64,000 nucleotides of DNA. Source: Arenicellales bacterium (GTDB lineage Bacteria; Pseudomonadota; Gammaproteobacteria; Arenicellales; JAJDZL01). Shown piece by piece: positions 32,602 through 41,976 of this stretch. Numbering within the stretch: position 1 is the first letter of the stretch; every line of letters begins with the position of its first letter. The position numbers and the translations under genes were made by a program. The stretch spans positions 211,044-275,043 of the forward strand of contig CBDAUN010000001.1 in assembly GCA_965200645.1 (NCBI GenBank), in the 5' to 3' direction. The notes below the pieces were generated by a model that worked only from the letters and a program-made list of their open reading frames with translations, was not told the DNA's origin and did no database searches.

Positions 32602-34542
32602 ATGATTGTCTATAGTGCCACGCGTCAGCAATTCCTTGAAGATGTAATTTCTAATCGAATCGACGACATCGTGCACCAGTCTTTTCAACGGCGACTCGGA
32701 CATCGAACCTCACCTGCTGAAATTCGCTCATGGAATCACTCCCTGACTCAAATGAATAATGTACTGACCTTAGCTGGTACAGTTGAAGACGCTGGCGTAG
32801 CGATAGAGTTTCAAGTTCCATTTACGGCAAAACGGGTTGACTTCATCCTTACCGGTCGTAACGCTGAGCGAACGGAAAAGTGCGTCATAGTTGAATTGAA
32901 ACAATGGGGCGAGGTGCAGTTCACTGAAAAGAATTCCATGGTCGAAACATTTATTGGAGGCGGGTTACGAGAAACACCTCATCCCTCCTATCAAGCATGG
33001 AGCTACGCAGAATTTATTAAGGATTACAACGTCGAAGTTAGAGAAAGTAATATTGAATTGCAGCCTTGTTGCTATTTGCATAATTGCGAAAATTCAATTG
33101 TTCTTAAATCGAATTTTTATAAGAATGATCTGGAAAAAGCACCGGCTTTTGCGAAATTCGATACCAGAAAGCTGGCTCAATTTCTAAATGAGCATGTTCA
33201 CTTTGGTGATGATTCACAACTTATTCAACGAATTGACAACAGTCCTCTAAAGCCATCAAAGCAGTTGGCAAACTACTTGGTGTCTCTAAAAAAAGGAAAT
33301 CAAGAGTTTACATTGCTTGACGAGCAAAAGGTTGTTTTTGAAACTGGTTTATTACTAGCGAAAAAGTCTCAAGACGTTGACCGTCAAGTCTTATTGGTAG
33401 AAGGCGGACCCGGCACAGGAAAGTCGATTGTGGCAATAAATATGATGATCAAACTGACCGAACAAGGATATTCGTGTCGTTATGTCACTCGCAACTCTGC
33501 GCCGAGAGAGGTTTACTACAAAAAGCTTAAGGGAACTGATACTCAGAAAAATATCAAATATATGTTTTCAGCTGCTGGTGACTATCACAGTGCTAAAGCA
33601 TTATCTATGGATGCACTGATTGTCGACGAAGCACATCGCTTGAGCGAGAAGTCTGGTTATCAAGACAACTTGGGAGAAAACCAGGTAATGGAGATTATTC
33701 GTTCATCAAGACTTTCTGTCTTTTTCTTGGACGAAAGTCAGAAGGTTGCGATGAGAGATATCGGAACTCGTGATGAAATTTTAAAGTGGGCAAAACAGTT
33801 TGATGCTGGCGTAGTCGAACAAAAATTGGAGTCTCAATTTCGTTGCAACGGTTCGGACGGCTATCTTGCATGGATTGACAATTCGTTAGACATAAAAGAA
33901 ACTGCCAATCCTACTTTGGAGGGGATTGATTATGACTTCGATGTCTTTGATAATCCGCAAGAAATGAGGGAGGAGATTGTACGTCTGAATGAACAAAACA
34001 ACACAGCACGATTGGTTGCGGGCTATTGCTGGGATTGGATAAGTAAGAAAGATTTAAATGCGATGGACATCACTTTTCCTGAATACAGATTCCAGATGCA
34101 ATGGAATCTGATATCTCATGGTCAGAGTTGGTTAGTCGAACCAAATTCAATCAATGAAGTTGGTTGTATTCATACCTGTCAAGGTTTAGAGATGGACTAT
34201 GTGGGCGTGATAGTTGGAGAAGACCTAGTTGTCAGAAATGGTTTTGTGACCACCGATGCCGAAAAAAGAGCAACTCATGATAGAAGGGGAACTATGAGAG
34301 GCTATAGAACCCTGCAAAAAAAGGACCCCGAACTAGCCAAATCGAAAGCAGACGCTATCATCAAAAACACTTACAGAACACTAATGACTCGCGGACAAAA
34401 GGGCTGTTTTGTATTTTGTGTGGACAAAGAAACGAACGAATACTTCAAAAAATTTGTTAATTCCGACAAAAGGGCAAAGTCAAGACGGGAGTTACGCCCA
34501 GCAGTTCAAACAGAATTATTCCAAGATCAACTTTTCAAGTAA
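32602..34542 (+). CDS. DUF2075 (Schlafen group 3-like helicase) protein with N-terminal nuclease-like domain
   Basis: RVDFIL...IVELKQW nuclease-like motif, HPSYQAWSY, Walker A GGPGTGKS, DEAHRL, SQFRCNGS, ARLVAGYCWDW, VGCIHTCQGLE.DY, NTYRTLMTRG. Confidence 0.87.
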   Translation: MIVYSATRQQFLEDVISNRIDDIVHQSFQRRLGHRTSPAEIRSWNHSLTQMNNVLTLAGTVEDAGVAIEFQVPFTAKRVDFILTGRNAERTEKCVIVELKQWGEVQFTEKNSMVETFIGGGLRETPHPSYQAWSYAEFIKDYNVEVRESNIELQPCCYLHNCENSIVLKSNFYKNDLEKAPAFAKFDTRKLAQFLNEHVHFGDDSQLIQRIDNSPLKPSKQLANYLVSLKKGNQEFTLLDEQKVVFETGLLLAKKSQDVDRQVLLVEGGPGTGKSIVAINMMIKLTEQGYSCRYVTRNSAPREVYYKKLKGTDTQKNIKYMFSAAGDYHSAKALSMDALIVDEAHRLSEKSGYQDNLGENQVMEIIRSSRLSVFFLDESQKVAMRDIGTRDEILKWAKQFDAGVVEQKLESQFRCNGSDGYLAWIDNSLDIKETANPTLEGIDYDFDVFDNPQEMREEIVRLNEQNNTARLVAGYCWDWISKKDLNAMDITFPEYRFQMQWNLISHGQSWLVEPNSINEVGCIHTCQGLEMDYVGVIVGEDLVVRNGFVTTDAEKRATHDRRGTMRGYRTLQKKDPELAKSKADAIIKNTYRTLMTRGQKGCFVFCVDKETNEYFKKFVNSDKRAKSRRELRPAVQTELFQDQLFK

Positions 34543-34787
34543 AAGTTAGTTAAATTATTGCACTAATTCTGTTCATGCAATTTATCTTAAACTGACTCCT
34601 TTTTGCAGTTCGTAAGTTTTGTAGTTCAGCGATAATAGCCGCGTTCTTAATTCGAAGCCACTCGCCACATAGTTCGATATCAAACCCTCACCGAACACCC
34701 TTTTTAAGTACTGATTTCAGCTACTCCGAATAGCCAATAATTGAAGATTGTTCATCGATACTCGTAAGAATCGTAAATTTCAACTAG

Positions 34788-34793
34788 TATAAT
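34788..34793 (+). promoter_or_regulatory. -10 element of the tRNA-Phe promoter
   Basis: Consensus TATAAT, 12 nt upstream of the tRNA 5' end. Confidence 0.55.
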
Positions 34794-34805
34794 TCTCACT
34801 TCGTT

Positions 34806-34878
34806 GGCCAGGTAGCTCAGTCGGTAGAGCAGGGGACTGAAAATCCCCGTGTCGGTGGTTCGATTCCGCCCCTGGCCA
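34806..34878 (+). tRNA. tRNA-Phe (GAA)
   Basis: GGCCAGG/CCTGGCC acceptor stem, AGCTCAGTCGGTAGAGC D-arm, GGGGA-CTGAAAA-TCCCC anticodon arm, GGTTCGATTCC T-loop. Discriminator A is followed by CCT. Confidence 0.97.
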
Positions 34879-35010
34879 CCTTTTGATTGATCACTCCAAT
34901 CTTTTCCTTTTGCAGTCCTCGTGACTGACGTGCATTTACTTGTCCCTACAGCGAACTTGCCGAAAAACCACAGGCGAAATCACTTTCTAAATGCACCAAA
35001 ATACAGTCGA

Positions 35011-38000
35011 TTACTTACTGTCTTGATATAACCAGCCTGGCATTGGTCGTTCCAACTTCCAGATAATCTTCATCGGTCTTTCTGACTCATGTCGCTGATA
35101 ATGAGCCTTACCTAGACAATGGTACGGTGCGGTTTCACCTCGAATATCCGATTTTCTTTCACGAACAAACAACACTACATTAGTACCGGCATTAGGCTGA
35201 TTGATGTAGCGCTTGCCTGTTGGGGAGTCTTTGGCGGTAGTGTGTTGCGATTCCCAGTGAAACAAAGTAGGAGATATTGGGTAGTCGGCATAGCGAGTTT
35301 TTGGAGAATAGTCCTTTTCAGACTTTTCCAATGTGATGAACAATAAATCTGTTTTGGCGGCTTGATACCAATAAACCCCAGTCTGAGGAAAATGTATTGC
35401 GTTATTTCTGTCGGTCACACCATATGCTGCCATGATTTCACCTAGACTGTAACTGGCATGACTCGATAATGGGATAACGCCATTCGGGTCAATTGGCTCC
35501 GGAACAGAACGAAAACGATCAGCCAGAATTTCCACCAACTCGCTAAGTTCATCATGCAGTTCAGTAAATTGGTGAATACTCGATAACAACTCAGCTGCAT
35601 CATCAATTGAATATCCACGACCACCAAATATAGCCACAAACATCATGTACAAACGACGTTCACGACAATCTTCATTTGGAATTTTCATTGAACTTTCAGC
35701 ATCTAAAATTCTTTTCCATAGATCGAGCCGCTCTAAATCGTCTACGTGAATCACTCGACCTATGCTACGCAGCAGTTTTGCGTGACCGTCAAGGATGCTC
35801 CTTTCTTCAACAAACCCAGCACTTTGCCTCAGTTCAGTGAACGAGTGTCTTTGAGTTGGTTTACTGTAGATTTCCATCAGATCGTAATTCGTTTCCTTGA
35901 TGAACTCTGACAATCGAGTCTCGCCTCCGAGTGAGAGTAGATCATTAACCATGAGTCGTCGTTGAGATCGAATTGCTTGTTTGAGATTTCGTAAAACTAT
36001 TTCCTTTGCCACTCGGTCCATCTTGACTGCACAGCCGGGGGGCAATAATGGGAAATCCTGCTCAACGGCGGTTTGAACTTGATGATGAGTTCCGCCGAGA
36101 AGTGCCCGGTAGCGTACCTCATAGCGATACTCTTTCCTGACTTGGCCTACAAAGTCCATGACAGTCAAAACACTTTTTCCATCTGACCAGCGTAATCCTC
36201 TACCAAGCTGTTGCAGAAATACTGTCGCACTTTCCGTTGGACGCAGCAAAAATATTGTGTCTACTTCGGGAAGATCGACTCCCTCATTGAACAAGTCTAC
36301 TGTGAAAATTACTCGTAAATCTCCCTTGCGCAGTTTTTGCACTGCACGGCTACGTTCTTCCTTATTAGTAGTACCATCTAGTGCCACCGATTGGTAGCCG
36401 AAGTCATTAAACTTTCGTGCCATAAAGTGTGCGTGTCCTACTCCAGCGCAAAACCCTAGTGCCCGCATTTGATGCGGAAAGGTAACAATCTCTTCCATAG
36501 CCTGACGAACTGCATTTGCACGCACATCATTTCCCGTCAACACATTGTCGAGTTCACCCAATACATACCTTCCACGCTCGAAACGAACACTGGAAAGATC
36601 TGTTGGGTCATGTATGCCAAAATAATGGAAGGGACAAAGCAATCCTAAGTCTAGCGCATCCCATAGTCGACTTTCGTAGGCCACTCGACCATCAAACCAA
36701 TTTAGAATTGACTTGCCATCAGGACGTTCTGGAGTTGCGGTAAGACCCAGTAAAACTTTTGGTTTCAGGCGTTGCAACAATTTGTCGTAACTGGTGGCCG
36801 CCGCATGATGAAACTCGTCAACAATGACTACATCAAAGTCATTGGGGTCAATAGTTTCAACGTACTTCGCTAAAGATTGAATCGATGCAAATACATAGTG
36901 GCCAGCTTTTGGTCGCCTGCCTTCAACCAATAACTCGCCAAACTTGTGGTCATGCAGTACCTGAGAAAATACTTGCTTGCTCTGTTCAAGAATTTCTTTT
37001 CGATGGGCGACGAAGAGTAGTGAATTGCCTAATTTTTGTTCTCTGATTCGCTTGTAATCAAAAGCGGCAATCCACGTCTTTCCGGTTCCTGTTGCTGAAA
37101 CTACGAGATTTCTAAAATGATTACGTTTGCGTTCTGACTCCAGAGCCTCCAGTGCTACCTCTTGATGTGGCTTCGGCGATACATCAATCTGAATAAAGGA
37201 TAGTTCGGAAACATTTTGATTGTTTTGCTGAGCAAGCGCTGCATCCAACCGACCAACATCTTCTTTAGTTGACTTATAGTCTTCGAATTCTGGCTCTTCC
37301 CAATATTGATCAAATGTGGTCGCAAAGCGTTCGATAACTGCTGGATTTTCAACTGCACTTATTCGAACGTTCCATTCCAGTCCGTCAACCTGTGCCATAT
37401 GCGTCAGATTTGACGAACCGATGTAGGCGGTATGAAACCCGCTGTTTCGATGAAACAGCCAAGCTTTGGCGTGGAGTCTAGTTCGTGCGACATCGTAAGA
37501 GATCTTGACATCAGCACCTAAATCGACCAGTTTGTCCAGCGCTCGTCGTTCAGTGGAGCCCGTGTACACACTCGCTATTACTCTGACTTTCGCCCCACTA
37601 TTTATGCGACCTGCGAGTTCCCTTTCAAATAGTCGTAGTCCTGAGTGACGTATAAATGCACACAACAAATCTATCCTGTCAGAACTTGGGATTTCTTTGG
37701 CAATTTCGCTCGCAATTTGTACATCTCGCTTACCATTAACGAGAAGTCCTGTATGACGCAACGATTGGGTGGGCCGCGCAAATGCGGTTTCACCTACACC
37801 AGTTTGTCGTAGTACTTCTTTAAGAATTCTGGCACGGTCATTAACCTGACTTCCTTTAGGTAAGTGGAGTTCTTTGCTTTCCAATAACTCCAGTAAATTA
37901 TTGATCAGTGCAATCTGTTTGGTAGTTCTAGTCTGCTTATCTTGATCGGATATTTGCTCAAGTACGCTGCGGAGTACGGTGGAAAAATGATGCGTTAACA

Positions 38001-38136
38001 GATCTACGCGGATACTGGAGTCAACCGATTCGATATTCGCTGTCAAACCTTCTTCCAGCCCGATGATTTCATCATCAAGCTTTTCGGTCAACAGACTTTC
38101 GTAAATACCAGGTAGTAATGCAGCTTTCATAGTCAA
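35011..38136 (-). CDS. PLD nuclease - SF2 helicase - DUF3427 protein (SauUSI-like, candidate type IV modification-dependent restriction)
   Basis: RLHAK...AYIGSSNL PLD motif, ATGTGKT Walker A, DEFHH, LGLTATPER.DG, LFNEGVD.P, FLQQLGRGLR, C-terminal DY.ISP.LFHWESQ (DUF3427). Confidence 0.88.
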   Translation of the reverse strand: MTMKAALLPGIYESLLTEKLDDEIIGLEEGLTANIESVDSSIRVDLLTHHFSTVLRSVLEQISDQDKQTRTTKQIALINNLLELLESKELHLPKGSQVNDRARILKEVLRQTGVGETAFARPTQSLRHTGLLVNGKRDVQIASEIAKEIPSSDRIDLLCAFIRHSGLRLFERELAGRINSGAKVRVIASVYTGSTERRALDKLVDLGADVKISYDVARTRLHAKAWLFHRNSGFHTAYIGSSNLTHMAQVDGLEWNVRISAVENPAVIERFATTFDQYWEEPEFEDYKSTKEDVGRLDAALAQQNNQNVSELSFIQIDVSPKPHQEVALEALESERKRNHFRNLVVSATGTGKTWIAAFDYKRIREQKLGNSLLFVAHRKEILEQSKQVFSQVLHDHKFGELLVEGRRPKAGHYVFASIQSLAKYVETIDPNDFDVVIVDEFHHAAATSYDKLLQRLKPKVLLGLTATPERPDGKSILNWFDGRVAYESRLWDALDLGLLCPFHYFGIHDPTDLSSVRFERGRYVLGELDNVLTGNDVRANAVRQAMEEIVTFPHQMRALGFCAGVGHAHFMARKFNDFGYQSVALDGTTNKEERSRAVQKLRKGDLRVIFTVDLFNEGVDLPEVDTIFLLRPTESATVFLQQLGRGLRWSDGKSVLTVMDFVGQVRKEYRYEVRYRALLGGTHHQVQTAVEQDFPLLPPGCAVKMDRVAKEIVLRNLKQAIRSQRRLMVNDLLSLGGETRLSEFIKETNYDLMEIYSKPTQRHSFTELRQSAGFVEERSILDGHAKLLRSIGRVIHVDDLERLDLWKRILDAESSMKIPNEDCRERRLYMMFVAIFGGRGYSIDDAAELLSSIHQFTELHDELSELVEILADRFRSVPEPIDPNGVIPLSSHASYSLGEIMAAYGVTDRNNAIHFPQTGVYWYQAAKTDLLFITLEKSEKDYSPKTRYADYPISPTLFHWESQHTTAKDSPTGKRYINQPNAGTNVVLFVRERKSDIRGETAPYHCLGKAHYQRHESERPMKIIWKLERPMPGWLYQDSK

Positions 38137-38737
38137 CTAGACAAATAAAAATGCTTACCCAGTAACAAGTCAATAAACACGAAATAAGAACTTACTTTCC
38201 AGAACAGTCTCGAATACCTCAAAATGGGGTCGACTCAAACAAGGAAATTATATAAATGGCGCTTAAGCCTGATGACTGTTTTGGCAACACTAAAAAGCCA
38301 AATTGATTGTTGAGATTGCACTACTGAAATGGCGAGCAACAAAGCGAGCAAGCCAAGTCTCACAGATGCTGTCATGAAGATTTCTTTATGTAATTTGGTG
38401 TTTAGACAGGTACAATTATGCAGGATTCAAACCTTTACTATCAGACTTGGGGCTTGGCTATATATCTGGTTTCGGCGAAGCCGAAAGGCATATCTTCCAT
38501 CAAGTTGCATTGAGAATCGGATGTTACCCAAAAATCTGCTAGGCACGTGGCCCACCGCCTAAGTGAAAGGTTGGCTCCTGAATCTCGTAGAAGTATTTGG
38601 CGGAATGAATGAAACAAGCACGTTCATTCAGTGTTTTTTGTACCCTAACCTCACTTTGGGTTGGATAGTGAACAAGAATTTTTCGTGTAGTCAATCACAA
38701 GTTTGCGGGTAATATTTCCCGACGGAGGACTTTTCTG

Positions 38738-40282
38738 ATGACCCAAATAGAAACTGTCGTACCGCACTCCAAGCGTCGCGGGCGAAGCGTACGCAGACAG
38801 TCCCGAACGCAAAGAACGATAAATTACTTACCGGAGCTCGATCGTGGCATTGCTTATATTGATTTGATGTCGCCAGAGCAAGTTGAACGTGTGCATGATG
38901 CTGCGATGACGCTGCTGGAAACCAAAGGGATCGAGTTTCGCGATGATGAATCCATCAAAATGTGGGCAGTAGCTGGTGCCGATGTGAACGAATATCGAGT
39001 GCGTATTGATCGTAATCATCTGATGGACCTGATTTCCAGCGCACCAGAGACCTATACGATGGTTGCACGTAATAAAGACCGTTCAGTCACGCTTGGAGGC
39101 CGTAAGCAGATTTTTACGCCCGCTTATGGTTCACCCAATGTCCTCGACTTTGAAGGTAAGCGGCGCAATGGAACCATTGCAGATTTCCATGAATTTGCCA
39201 AGCTCGCTCACCTGTCACCTGCTATGCATATGTCTGGCGGTGTGCTTTGTGAACCAATGGACGTGCCGGTACCGAAACGACATCTGCACATGGTCTATAG
39301 TCTCATCAAACATTCAGACAAACCATTCATGGGAATGGTCACCGCACGAGACCGCGCCGAAGATACCGTTACCATGGCCAAGATCCTCTTTGGCGACGAA
39401 TTTGTTGAAAACAATACAGTGATGACCTCGGTTGCAAACTGCAACTCACCACTGGTCTGGGACCAGACGATGTTGGATGCTGTCAAGGTTTATGCCGCAT
39501 CCAACCAGGCGGTTCTGTATACTCCGTTTGTTCTGGGAGGTGCCAGTACGCCAGCCAGTACGGTTGGTTCACTGGTTCAGATCAATGCTGAAGCATTGGC
39601 TGGTGTCGCGTTTTCACAATTAGTGCGCCCCGGCGTCCCAGCTGTCTATGGCCAGTGGTTGGCAACGGTCAGTATGAAATCAGGTGCCCCCATGGCCGGC
39701 ACACCGGAGATATGTCACATGAATATGCTGGTTGGGCAGATGGCACGCTACTACAAGTTGCCTTGGCGATGCAGCGGAGGTTGCACAAGTTCCAAGGTGG
39801 TCGATGCCCAATCTGGTTATGAAGCAGCTCGCAATATGTATGGTGCACTACTGGCAGGTGCTAATTTTATTTTATCAACAACCGGTTACATGGAAGGGGC
39901 CTTAACCCAGAGTTATGCCAAATTTGTACTCGATGCCGAGCATGTAGAGATGTTCTACAAGTTAGGGCAGGGTATAAACTTTGACGAACTGGAAGGCGCA
40001 CTGGACTCAATGGCTGAGGTTGAACCGGGTGGACATTATCTTGGGACGAGCCACACGCTTGAAAATTCTGAGCGAGCCTTTATGATGCCAGAACTGATGA
40101 GTCATGACAGTTTTGAACAATGGCAGGCTGAGGGCAGCAAGGATGCAAATACCCGTGCGATAGAAAAAGCTAAGCAACTTTTGGCCGAATATGAAGCCCC
40201 TGCCCTCGATGAAACAATCAATGAAGAGTTGCTGGAATTCATCGCACGGCGAGAGGCACAACTACCAGATTCTATAGTGTAG
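38738..40282 (+). CDS. Trimethylamine methyltransferase (MttB) family protein, non-pyrrolysine
   Basis: CEPMDVP, SDKPFMG, NCNSPL.WD, MKSGAP..GTPE, SSKVVDAQ. No in-frame amber codon. GGAGG RBS. Confidence 0.9.
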   Translation: MTQIETVVPHSKRRGRSVRRQSRTQRTINYLPELDRGIAYIDLMSPEQVERVHDAAMTLLETKGIEFRDDESIKMWAVAGADVNEYRVRIDRNHLMDLISSAPETYTMVARNKDRSVTLGGRKQIFTPAYGSPNVLDFEGKRRNGTIADFHEFAKLAHLSPAMHMSGGVLCEPMDVPVPKRHLHMVYSLIKHSDKPFMGMVTARDRAEDTVTMAKILFGDEFVENNTVMTSVANCNSPLVWDQTMLDAVKVYAASNQAVLYTPFVLGGASTPASTVGSLVQINAEALAGVAFSQLVRPGVPAVYGQWLATVSMKSGAPMAGTPEICHMNMLVGQMARYYKLPWRCSGGCTSSKVVDAQSGYEAARNMYGALLAGANFILSTTGYMEGALTQSYAKFVLDAEHVEMFYKLGQGINFDELEGALDSMAEVEPGGHYLGTSHTLENSERAFMMPELMSHDSFEQWQAEGSKDANTRAIEKAKQLLAEYEAPALDETINEELLEFIARREAQLPDSIV

Positions 40283-40453
40283 TATCGCGAAATCAGTGTC
40301 AGTTTTTCACTGAATTACGCTTGATATTATTTTACAAGTTAACGCACGTCTTCCAGTAATCGAAAATAAGTTCCGAAACACGACCGCCTCAGGCTAAGGC
40401 TTTCGGAATTCTCATTCAGTTAGCGGCAATAGATTTATTCAGGCCTTAAGTAT

Positions 40454-41215
40454 CTAGCGCCCAAAAATCCCGGGTAAGGGAAGTTTCACACATCTTCCGC
40501 CATCGAGCGTGATGATCTGACCGGTCACAAAACGTGATTCATCACTGGCCAGCCAAACCACAGCATCGCCAACATCCCGTGGGTCACCAATATGACCAAC
40601 CGGGTGCAACTTGGTCAGTTCGGCATAGACTAGCTCTCGATCCGGATGGGAGTCAACATAAGTTTTGTTCAAATCGGTATCGATCCAACCTGGCGCAACT
40701 GCATTACAGCGAATGTTTTGTGGTCCGAGTTCGACGGCAAGAGCTTTAGTCAGACCATGAACACCTCCTTTGGAGGACGAATAGGCTGAATGATTGGGGT
40801 TGCTGCCGATACCTTCAATTGAGCCAATATTGATAATTGCCCCACCTCCACGGTTAGTCAAATGAGACAACCCGTGTTTTGACATCAAGAATGGGCCCTT
40901 AAGATTGACCGCCATCATTCGGTCCCAGTCTTCGCCCGTCTGTTCCGTAATCGTCCTTTCAAATTCAATTCCGGCGTTATTAACCAACACATCTATGCCA
41001 GGGTGTTTTGCAATAACCGCCTCATAGAATGCAACGACACTGGATTCATCGGCAACGTCTAATAGATACCAATCTTGTGCCCCACTATCGGGTCGTTTCA
41101 AGTCGCCGACTATGACTGTGGCACCGGCATCCATTAATCGTTGAGTAATGGCACGACCAATCCCTTGAGCACCACCTGTTACGATGGCAATCCGATCTTT
41201 CAAGCGGTCACTCAA
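40454..41215 (-). CDS. Classical SDR oxidoreductase
   Basis: TGGAQGIG, NNAG, YSSSK, PGWIDT. Confidence 0.9.
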   Translation of the reverse strand: MSDRLKDRIAIVTGGAQGIGRAITQRLMDAGATVIVGDLKRPDSGAQDWYLLDVADESSVVAFYEAVIAKHPGIDVLVNNAGIEFERTITEQTGEDWDRMMAVNLKGPFLMSKHGLSHLTNRGGGAIINIGSIEGIGSNPNHSAYSSSKGGVHGLTKALAVELGPQNIRCNAVAPGWIDTDLNKTYVDSHPDRELVYAELTKLHPVGHIGDPRDVGDAVVWLASDESRFVTGQIITLDGGRCVKLPLPGIFGR

Positions 41216-41976
41216 CGTGCCGTGTAACCCCCGTCGATGGGAATCGCGGTACCCGTTATGTGACGACTGGCATCCGACGCAAGAAAACTGATCAAATCCG
41301 CGATTTCGCTTGGTGCTGGTATCCGTTGCTGTGGAATTGCAGAGCGGTTGCTGTCGTGAACTTTTTCTGGCGTCTGGTGATTATGTCCCGAGATCAGCAT
41401 TGGCGTGTCGACCGCACCAGGGCAAACCGCATTGATGCGTATCCCTTCGGTTGCATGATCTAGTGCCATGGCTCGGGTCAGGTTTACCACAGCACCCTTG
41501 CTGGCACAATAAGCTGCAAGACCTTCGGTACCAACCAACCCAACCGTGGAACCCAGATTGATGATGCTACCACCCCCACCGGTGCGCATTACAGCTATCG
41601 CTGCGCGAGACATAAAAAAAGTGCCATCCACGTTGGTAGACATCATGACACGCCAATCGTCATCGGACGTATTCAAGGAATCGCCACGGCGAATAACACC
41701 AGCGACATTGGCCAAAATATCCAATTGATGAAAATGCCGAATTGTTTCGGCTACGGCATGTTGACAAAATTCAGGAGCACAGATGTCCCCCAGCAGAATT
41801 TTGGCAGTGCCGCCTGCAGCTTCAATTTCTTTCTGTACTGTTTGCGCAGCACGCTGATTTCGTCCAATCAACATGACGCTAGCACCACACGCAGCCAAAA
41901 CGGTGGCGGTAGCAGCACCAATTCCCGACGTCGCTCCAGTAACTAAAGCCACTTTGTTAGTAAGGGATTTTGTCAA
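41212..41976 (-). CDS. Classical SDR oxidoreductase
   Basis: TGATSGIG, YCASK, CPGAVDT, DGGYTA. Confidence 0.9.
   Translation of the reverse strand: MTKSLTNKVALVTGATSGIGAATATVLAACGASVMLIGRNQRAAQTVQKEIEAAGGTAKILLGDICAPEFCQHAVAETIRHFHQLDILANVAGVIRRGDSLNTSDDDWRVMMSTNVDGTFFMSRAAIAVMRTGGGGSIINLGSTVGLVGTEGLAAYCASKGAVVNLTRAMALDHATEGIRINAVCPGAVDTPMLISGHNHQTPEKVHDSNRSAIPQQRIPAPSEIADLISFLASDASRHITGTAIPIDGGYTAR

Noticed and set aside
38137-38737. Long leader before mttB with hairpins (tttcggc/gccgaaa; tgaatgaa/ttcattca) and a 77-aa ORF
   Set aside because: No cobalamin, SAM or glycine riboswitch consensus recognised; the ORF has no recognisable motif.
38738-40282. Pyrrolysine recoding in mttB
   Set aside because: The frame is open for 514 aa; the only TAG is the terminal stop.
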